A DNA stretch of 32,000 nucleotides from Gammaproteobacteria bacterium (GTDB lineage Bacteria > Pseudomonadota > Gammaproteobacteria > SZUA-229), in the NCBI GenBank assembly GCA_003229115.1, contig QIHT01000241.1, positions 1 to 32,000 on the forward strand, given 5' to 3'. Within the stretch, counting starts at the first letter, position 1. Every line of letters starts with the position of its first letter. Shown piece after piece: positions 25,849-32,000 of the stretch. The notes under the pieces were generated by a model. The model was not told the DNA's origin and did no database searches. It worked only from the letters and a program-made list of their open reading frames with translations. Position numbers and translations under genes: made by a program.

Positions 25849-26296
25849 AAATATATCCATCAATAATAATAAGATGTACTACGTTTCGGCTTTTTTCTTG
25901 AATTTCCGTGTAAGACACTACATTTCATGTAACACAGTCGCCACGTTTAATTCTTATAGGGATAACACACAACATTGGTGGTTTTCTATTATTAATGATG
26001 TGCTGCAAATTATTGACGAATGGGATACTAGTGCATATAGTAATACCACAACTCTCCCCTTGCAGGGTTATTCATTTAACTACTGTTCGGGGCGGAAAAA
26101 CCGCCTTTTGGGCGGTTTTTTCATTTCTATTCGTAAATCAAATAAAGGTCATCCCGTTCGGCTGGTTGATTACCAGCTGAGTAATAATTCTGTTTGGACA
26201 AGAAAGCGCATTACAAGTGATGCGTTAGTGAATGCCTGCGTAGCGCTGCGGCATAAACATGGTAACGTAAAAATTACACTGGGGGATTGGAAATGA
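25841..26296 (+). CDS. Doubtful hypothetical ORF (151 codons from GTG 25841)
   Basis: For: open frame, GGAGG + GTG initiation context identical to the upstream gene, and a stop overlapping the rhuM ATG (ATGA). Against: no recognisable family, odd Asn/Ser/Tyr-rich composition and a strong terminator-like hairpin in its middle. Confidence 0.25.
   Translation: MPRNISINNNKMYYVSAFFLNFRVRHYISCNTVATFNSYRDNTQHWWFSIINDVLQIIDEWDTSAYSNTTTLPLQGYSFNYCSGRKNRLLGGFFISIRKSNKGHPVRLVDYQLSNNSVWTRKRITSDALVNACVALRHKHGNVKITLGDWK
26091..26121. terminator. Bidirectional terminator-like hairpin (ggcgg-aaaaa-ccgcc-ttttg-ggcgg-tttttt)
   Basis: aaaaaccgcc/ggcggttttt 10-bp stem with a 5-nt loop and a T-run on the plus strand. 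The alternative ggcgg/ccgcc pairing gives a hairpin plus T-run on the minus strand too. Confidence 0.6.
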
Positions 26297-27354
26297 GTAA
26301 AGATGGCTTCAACACCCAGTATCCTTCATTGAGCATACAAGATGAAGTTACCGATTTTCTGTTGTACACCGCCCCTAACAGTAAAGTCAAAGTTGAGGTT
26401 TTACTCAACAATGAGACCTTATGGCTGACACAGAAACGCATGTCTGAATTGTTCAATGTGGGTGTGCCAGCAATATCTAAACATCTAAAAAATATTTTTG
26501 ATACCAATGAGTTAGAGCAAGTTGCAGTTATTTCCATTTTGGAAACAACTGCCGAAGATGGAAAAAATTACCAAATCAAATATTACAACCTGGATGCTGT
26601 TATATCGGTTGGTTATCGGGTCAATTCAGCACAGGCAACCCAGTTTCGTATCTGGGCAACCCGGCTAATTAAAGAGTACATCATCAAGGGTTTTATTATG
26701 GATGATGAGCGTTTGAAAAACGGGCGCTATTTTGGCAGGGATTATTTTAAAGAGCTGTTAGAACGTATCCGTTCTATCCGTGCCAGCGAACGACGTATTT
26801 ACCAACAAATTACCGACATCTTTGCTGAATGCAGCATCGATTATGATCCAAAATCAGAAACCACGCGGCAATTCTATGCCCATGTACAGGATAAATTTCA
26901 CTATGCCATAACCGGGCAAACTGCTTCAGAGATTATATTTAACCATGCCGATGCCAGTAAGCCGCTGATGGGCATCAGGGCATATAAAAACTCACCCGAT
27001 GGTCGTATTCTCAAATCTGACACAACCATTGGTAAAAATTATCTACAAGAAGACGAGATTAAAAAATTGGAGAGAACGGTATCCGGTTTCTTTGACTATA
27101 TCGAAGGGATTGTAGAGCGTCGAACCAGTTTCACCATGGAAATATTTGCAGAGAGCGTGAACAAATTTCTGGATTTTCATGAATATAAAATCCTCGAAGG
27201 CCATGGAAAAATCACCCGCAAACTGGCAGAGCAGAAAGCGCTGGAGGAATACGAAAAATTTAATAAAACTCAGAAAATAGAATCCGACTTTGATAAAAAA
27301 ACCAAAGCACTGTTAAAAAGTGCACAGGAAAATAAGGGAGAGGTTGGTGAGTAG
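26293..27354 (+). CDS. rhuM: RhuM-family protein (track start 26287; ATG at 26293)
   Basis: About 353 aa. Strongly RhuM-like: LWLTQKRMSELFNV, YYNLDAVISVGYRVNS..ATQFRIWAT and ERRIYQQITDIF. Sits in the usual position between hsdS and hsdR. Confidence 0.85.
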   Translation: MSKDGFNTQYPSLSIQDEVTDFLLYTAPNSKVKVEVLLNNETLWLTQKRMSELFNVGVPAISKHLKNIFDTNELEQVAVISILETTAEDGKNYQIKYYNLDAVISVGYRVNSAQATQFRIWATRLIKEYIIKGFIMDDERLKNGRYFGRDYFKELLERIRSIRASERRIYQQITDIFAECSIDYDPKSETTRQFYAHVQDKFHYAITGQTASEIIFNHADASKPLMGIRAYKNSPDGRILKSDTTIGKNYLQEDEIKKLERTVSGFFDYIEGIVERRTSFTMEIFAESVNKFLDFHEYKILEGHGKITRKLAEQKALEEYEKFNKTQKIESDFDKKTKALLKSAQENKGEVGE

Positions 27355-27377
27355 TGTGAGTCATAGTGGGTATGTCT

Positions 27378-27457
27378 GGTTCCCACACTCCCGCGTGGGA
27401 ACCGATACGGCAGCTGAATTTAGCCAGTCTATGCATTCCCACGCAGGAGCGCGGGAA
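27378..27457. repeat. REP-like palindromic elements (two hairpins) in the rhuM-hsdR spacer
   Basis: ggttcccac-actcccgc-gtgggaacc (27378-27403) and ttcccacgc-agga-gcgcgggaa (27436-27457, one mismatch). Both share the TTCCCAC/GTGGGAA core. Confidence 0.5.
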
Positions 27458-27480
27458 CGAGAGCTAGAGGGGCAATTGCC

Positions 27481-30400
27481 ATGTCTGTAACGCTCCCTAA
27501 ATTCCAGGAAGAATACAGCGCGAAGATTCCGGCATTAACGCTGCTTCATAATCTTGGTTGGATTTTTTTATCACCTGAGCAAGCTTTGTCTTCTCGTAAT
27601 GGCAAAACGAGCGAAGTGGTTTTGCGTGAAGTGTTGCGAGAAGAGCTTCGCAAACGTCGTTTTACATTTGCCGGGAAAGAGCGAGTTTTTTCTGAAAATA
27701 CAATTGATAACGTGATAGCTGAGTTATGCTCACCGGCTTTGAATGAAGGCCTGAGTATCGCCAATGAAAGAATCTACAACCATTTGCTTTATGGACTATC
27801 GGTTAAAGAGTTTATTGACGGCAAGAAAATCAATCCCACAATACAGATTATCGACTGGGACAATGTTGAAAATAACAGCTTTCTTTTCACTGAAGAGTTT
27901 AGCGTTTTACGCACAGGAGGTTTTGAGTCCCGCAGGCCGGATATTGTCTGTTTTGTGAATGGCTTGCCATTCGCTGTTATCGAGGCGAAGCGTCCTGATG
28001 GTCATGCTAAGAAAGGCCCAACTATTGACGAAGGTATTTCGCAAAATATTCGCAATCAACGCAATGATGAAATCCCTCATTTATTTTCCTACGTGCAGCT
28101 TCTTTTTTCAATCAATGGGGCAGAGGGTCGTTACGGTACACAGGGTACACCATATAAATTTTGGGCACCCTGGCGTGAAGAAGATATTAGCGAAGGAGAA
28201 TTCTATCGGCTTAAGAATAAGCCTTTGAGTTCTGAGGCTAAAGACACTTTGTTTTCGCATCGACCCAAGCAGGATCGTGAGTGGTATGAAAACCTGATTG
28301 CTGGTGGCGAGCTGGCGGTCACAGAACAAGACAAAATACTTGCAAGTATTCTTTCCCCATCACGGCTGATAGAAATGACAAGATATTTCGTACTGTTTGA
28401 TAAGAAAATCGGCAAAGTGGCTGCCCGTTATCAGCAGGTATTTGGTATTAAGCGCTTAATTGAGCGAATAAACACAAAAGATAATAAGGGTGCGCGCCAG
28501 GGCGGTGTGATATGGCATACCACGGGCTCTGGTAAATCTTTTACCATGGTCTTTTTATCGAAAGCACTTATTTTACATAGCACGCTGAAACAATGCCGCA
28601 TTGTGGTTGTGACTGATCGTGTTGATCTGGAAGGACAGTTAAGCACGACATTCAGTACAGGTGGTGAGCTTGCCAGCAAAAAAGACAAGGCAGCGGCGAT
28701 GGCAACATCGGGCAGAAGACTTGCCAAACAGATTTCCCAAGGCAATGAACGAATAATCTTTTCCATCATTAATAAATTTGCTGTTGCTGCCAAAATGCCA
28801 GAGTGCCACAACCCAAGTTCTGACATTATCGTGCTTATTGATGAAGGGCATCGTTCCCAGGGCGGTGAAAACTTTGTCCGTATGCGCCATACACTGCCTA
28901 ATGCCGCTTTTATTGCGTTTACAGGCACGCCATTATTAAAAGACGATAAAACAGAAAATAAATTTGGCCCGATTGTTCATGCCTACACCATGCAACGAGC
29001 GGTTGAGGATAAAGCCGTTACGCCATTGCTTTATGAGGAACGCATTCCTGACCTTGATGTGAATGAACGAGCCATTGATAGCTGGTTTGACCGGATTACT
29101 GAGGGCTTAACAGAAAAGCAGAAGACAGACCTGAAAAAGAAATTCGCCAAGAAAGGGCACCTCTATCAATCCGAAGATCGGATTCGTTTGATTGCTTATG
29201 ATATTGCCAATCATTTTGTGAAGAATATTGATGAAGGATTAAAGGGGCAGATTGCTTGCGATAGTAAATTATCAGCCATTAAATATAAGCAATTTATAGA
29301 TGAGCTTGGCTTGTTTGAGACTGCTGTTGTCATGTCTGCACCGGATACCCGAGAAGGAAATACGGATGTTGATGAAGCCACTATTCCAGAAGTAGCAAAA
29401 TGGTGGAAGGAAAATGTGGGCTCACAGGACGAGAAGATTTATACCAGGAATATAGTCAAACGATTTGAAGAAGACGATGATCCTAAAATACTCATTGTTG
29501 TCGATAAATTACTCACTGGATTTGACGAGCCGAGGAATACGGTTCTCTACATTGATAAACCCCTCAAAGAACACAACCTGATTCAGGCTATTGCGCGGGT
29601 TAATCGTTTGCACGAGAAAAAGAAATTTGGCTTGCTCATCGATTATCGCGGTATTTTAGCCGAACTGGATACGACAATAGCGAAATATCAGGACTTGGCA
29701 AGTCGCACCCAAGGTGGATTTGATATTGCAGACCTTGAAGGTCTCTATCAACAAATGAGCACCGAGTATAAAAAACTCCCACACTTGTATAACGATCTAT
29801 TGGCAATATTCAAGAATGTTAAAAATAAAGGCGATATTGAACAGCTTCGTCAGGTTATAGTCCCTAAAGTAGAAGAACAGTATAGCGAAATGGTAGATGT
29901 AAATTTGAAAGTACGTGAAGATTTCTATGATCGATTAAGTGAGTTCGCCAGTTGCTTAAAAGTGGCCTTGCAATCTGCCAGTTTTTACGAGGATAAAAGT
30001 TTTACGGAGCAAGATAGAAGACACTATAAGGAAACCGTTAAGCAATATTCATCATTGCGCCAACTTGCCAAAGCGGATGCAGGTGAAACCGTCGATTACG
30101 ATGAATATGCCGAGAAAGTGAAAAAGCTGATGGATAAGCATGTAGTGGGCGTTGAGGTTAAAGAGCCAGACGGGGTTTATGAAGTTGGCAAAATGGGTAA
30201 AAAATCTGATCCGAAAGACTGGTCAGACGACAAAACCCGGAATGAAACCGATATTATAAAAACGCGCATTACTCGCATGATCGAGCAAAGTTTACGCGAT
30301 GATCCTTATGCCCAAGAAGTTTTCTCTAAACTGCTTAAACGGGTAATAGAAGAAGCAGAAACACTGTTCGATCATCCTTTGAAACAGTACATGCTTTTCA

Positions 30401-30762
30401 AGGAGTTCGAGGAAAAGGTCGAAAAGCGTGAAGTCGATGGCTTGCCAGACAGATTTGCAGATAATAAACACGCTCAAGCCTATTACGGTATTTTGAAAAT
30501 GGTTGTTGGTGAAAATATTTCTTCTATTGATGAAGCGTTATCAGATCGATGGGTAGGGCTTTCTTTCAATGTAGACGAGATTATTACCAATGCTATAGCC
30601 GAACACTCAATAAATCCTCAGAACATTGAATCCGAAATTCGAAAAAAACTCCTCCCCATGATTTTTGGCGAGTGCAAAAAAGTCGGGTCGGGTATGGTTC
30701 AGGCAAAGGTAATGATTGAAAAAATTGTACAAATTGTGCGTGTGGGATTGAGCCGCGTATGA
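27481..30762 (+). CDS. hsdR: Type I restriction endonuclease subunit R
   Basis: 1093 aa. N-terminal PD-(D/E)xK nuclease (RPDIVCFVNGLPFAVIEAKRP), helicase motif I TGSGKS, motif II DEGH and motif VI QAIARVNR. Confidence 0.95.
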   Translation: MSVTLPKFQEEYSAKIPALTLLHNLGWIFLSPEQALSSRNGKTSEVVLREVLREELRKRRFTFAGKERVFSENTIDNVIAELCSPALNEGLSIANERIYNHLLYGLSVKEFIDGKKINPTIQIIDWDNVENNSFLFTEEFSVLRTGGFESRRPDIVCFVNGLPFAVIEAKRPDGHAKKGPTIDEGISQNIRNQRNDEIPHLFSYVQLLFSINGAEGRYGTQGTPYKFWAPWREEDISEGEFYRLKNKPLSSEAKDTLFSHRPKQDREWYENLIAGGELAVTEQDKILASILSPSRLIEMTRYFVLFDKKIGKVAARYQQVFGIKRLIERINTKDNKGARQGGVIWHTTGSGKSFTMVFLSKALILHSTLKQCRIVVVTDRVDLEGQLSTTFSTGGELASKKDKAAAMATSGRRLAKQISQGNERIIFSIINKFAVAAKMPECHNPSSDIIVLIDEGHRSQGGENFVRMRHTLPNAAFIAFTGTPLLKDDKTENKFGPIVHAYTMQRAVEDKAVTPLLYEERIPDLDVNERAIDSWFDRITEGLTEKQKTDLKKKFAKKGHLYQSEDRIRLIAYDIANHFVKNIDEGLKGQIACDSKLSAIKYKQFIDELGLFETAVVMSAPDTREGNTDVDEATIPEVAKWWKENVGSQDEKIYTRNIVKRFEEDDDPKILIVVDKLLTGFDEPRNTVLYIDKPLKEHNLIQAIARVNRLHEKKKFGLLIDYRGILAELDTTIAKYQDLASRTQGGFDIADLEGLYQQMSTEYKKLPHLYNDLLAIFKNVKNKGDIEQLRQVIVPKVEEQYSEMVDVNLKVREDFYDRLSEFASCLKVALQSASFYEDKSFTEQDRRHYKETVKQYSSLRQLAKADAGETVDYDEYAEKVKKLMDKHVVGVEVKEPDGVYEVGKMGKKSDPKDWSDDKTRNETDIIKTRITRMIEQSLRDDPYAQEVFSKLLKRVIEEAETLFDHPLKQYMLFKEFEEKVEKREVDGLPDRFADNKHAQAYYGILKMVVGENISSIDEALSDRWVGLSFNVDEIITNAIAEHSINPQNIESEIRKKLLPMIFGECKKVGSGMVQAKVMIEKIVQIVRVGLSRV

Positions 30763-31508
30763 GAAATTTAGTCACACCAGCAACGGGTTCAATTCAATAT
30801 GGAGATACATCCATTAATTTTTCTATAGAACCCAGAGCAACAGACACTCCAAAAGTCTTGATAAAAGTGCATCCAGATTGTCGTGTAGTCGCACATGCTC
30901 CGCCAAGGGCTTCTCATGATGAAATTTTACAGGCAGTAAAGAAGAGGGCACGATGGGTTTGTAAACAGATGCATTACTTTGACAAACAGCGCGAAAATAT
31001 TCTCCCACGGCGTTATGTCAGCGGTGAAAGTCATTTTTATCTTGGACGCAGACATTTGTTAAAGGTTAAGGCGGCAGCTAATTGCGTCCCTAAGGTGAAA
31101 TTGTTGCAGGGTGTTTTAGAAGTGTGGGCACACAAAACAAAACCAGAACAAACAAAATCTATGCTTTTTGACTGGTATAGAGTGCGCGCTAGAGATGTAT
31201 TTGATCGTAGACTGGAAGAAGTTGTTTCTAAAACATTATGGGTAAATGATAAACCATCTATACGACTTTTTTCTATGCAGACACAATGGGGCAGTTGTTC
31301 ACCGAAAGGGCAGTTGACACTTAACCCCCATCTGGTGAAAGCCCCGAGGGACTGTATTGATTACGTGCTTCTCCATGAGCTTTGTCATATTGCAGAGCAT
31401 AATCATAGCGAACGATTTTATCGGCTAATGAAGCAAGTCATGCCTCACTGGGAGAAAGTAAAAGAAAGGCTCGATGGTATGGCATACTTTTATTTGAATG
31501 ATACATAG
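30759..31508 (+). CDS. YgjP-like (DUF45/SprT-like) zinc metallopeptidase
   Basis: 249 aa. QWGSCS and YVLLHELCHIAEHNHSERFY (HExxH) motifs. 4-nt overlap with hsdR. Confidence 0.85.
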   Translation: MRNLVTPATGSIQYGDTSINFSIEPRATDTPKVLIKVHPDCRVVAHAPPRASHDEILQAVKKRARWVCKQMHYFDKQRENILPRRYVSGESHFYLGRRHLLKVKAAANCVPKVKLLQGVLEVWAHKTKPEQTKSMLFDWYRVRARDVFDRRLEEVVSKTLWVNDKPSIRLFSMQTQWGSCSPKGQLTLNPHLVKAPRDCIDYVLLHELCHIAEHNHSERFYRLMKQVMPHWEKVKERLDGMAYFYLNDT

Positions 31509-31604
31509 CTAATCAGACAATTTGTCTGTTGTTGCCAGTTCTGTATGTCAAAGCTGGCTCGTCGTGGACATCCCTGATCTGGCAACCGTCGTTTAGATCT
31601 CTGG

Positions 31605-31636
31605 ATTCCGGGTCTTCACTTCGCTGCGCCCGGAAT
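31605..31636. repeat. REP-like hairpin attccggg-N16-cccggaat
   Basis: 8-bp perfect inverted repeat in the spacer between the ygjP-like gene and the hipA stop, followed by tgacgg. Confidence 0.45.
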
Positions 31637-31663
31637 GACGGGGTTTCTTCCCCAGCTATTAGA

Positions 31664-32000
31664 TTATAATTTAGTACGATGTTGTTTTTTTATATCCAGG
31701 CTGATGTTTTTATTTACACCCGCCTTATTTGCAAATTCCTGCCACTTATCAACGGCAGTCATAACTTCATCCAGGATTTCTTCTGGCCTGGAGAGGCTAA
31801 TAGATTTTCCAGTCTTGATTAATTCTTTTTTGGTGAAGTGATCACGTTTCCCGTTCACACTCATTTGGTGTTGATTAGTCCACTTGCCAGCCGGGTTGTG
31901 TGAGTACATCACGTCATAAGCAGGTGATAACTTCCATTTCCCATTGGGGTCCATTAAAAATGAAATATTTTTAGTGTGATCATCTTGATTGCGCGCAATG
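31664..32000 (-). CDS. hipA: HipA-family kinase toxin, C-terminal part (gene continues past the window end)
   Basis: The frame stays open to nt 32000 and reads IARNQDDHTKNISFLMDPNGKWKLSPAYDV, matching the HipA_C catalytic region (DDH.kN..fl....w.LsPaYD). Confidence 0.8.
   Translation of the reverse strand, partial: IARNQDDHTKNISFLMDPNGKWKLSPAYDVMYSHNPAGKWTNQHQMSVNGKRDHFTKKELIKTGKSISLSRPEEILDEVMTAVDKWQEFANKAGVNKNISLDIKKQHRTKL

Noticed and set aside
27260-27442. 60-aa minus-strand ORF containing SHAGVWEP
   Set aside because: It is the translation of the REP-like palindromes and the antisense of the rhuM 3-prime end, not a gene.
21247-31663. tRNA gene, integrase or long terminal direct repeats marking the R-M island borders
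   Set aside because: I found no tRNA-like T-arm/acceptor sequence, no recombinase ORF and no obvious flanking direct repeats by eye. The insertion mechanism is therefore unresolved.
1-32000. CRISPR arrays, rRNA genes, IS elements or transposases
   Set aside because: There are no regularly spaced direct repeats, no rRNA signature sequences and no transposase-like ORFs in the six-frame track.

Overview
The window looks like a gammaproteobacterial chromosome. The evidence is divergent metG/apbC and an rnfB-like ferredoxin followed by nth. Housekeeping genes are interrupted by three accessory regions. Core genes: an Lpd-family flavoprotein (5-prime partial), argG, a PAS-GGDEF-EAL protein, gloA, an rnfB-like/nth/FIST operon, a membrane class III cyclase, metG (broken by a frameshift) and apbC. 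(1) 6115-8500 holds a three-gene set: two glycosyltransferase-like genes facing a convergent ArsS-type radical SAM/Cys-rich gene. (2) 8524-12860 is a minus-strand operon. It encodes a Sec-exported Cys/Lys-rich peptide with five x-G-(S/K)-C-G motifs, a DUF692 (MNIO) enzyme and a DUF2063 partner. This is an HvfABC/bufferin/methanobactin-like metallophore RiPP cluster, here extended by a membrane-anchored FMN glutamate-synthase-like oxidoreductase and DoxX. I consider it the most interesting system in the window. Next to it, a ParE/YefM toxin-antitoxin cassette is bracketed by a 149-bp duplication of the 3-prime end of the FIST gene. (3) About 21250-31650 is a more AT-rich type I restriction-modification island: half-size hsdS, hsdM, hsdS, a SIR2-motif DUF4917 gene, a doubtful ORF, rhuM, hsdR and a ygjP-like peptidase. 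The DUF4917 gene is bracketed by a 17-bp repeated RBS-plus-GTG junction. REP-like palindromes and a partial hipA follow the island. I saw no rRNA, tRNA, CRISPR array, transposase or integrase. All calls come from reading the sequence and ORF translations by eye; no database search was run.
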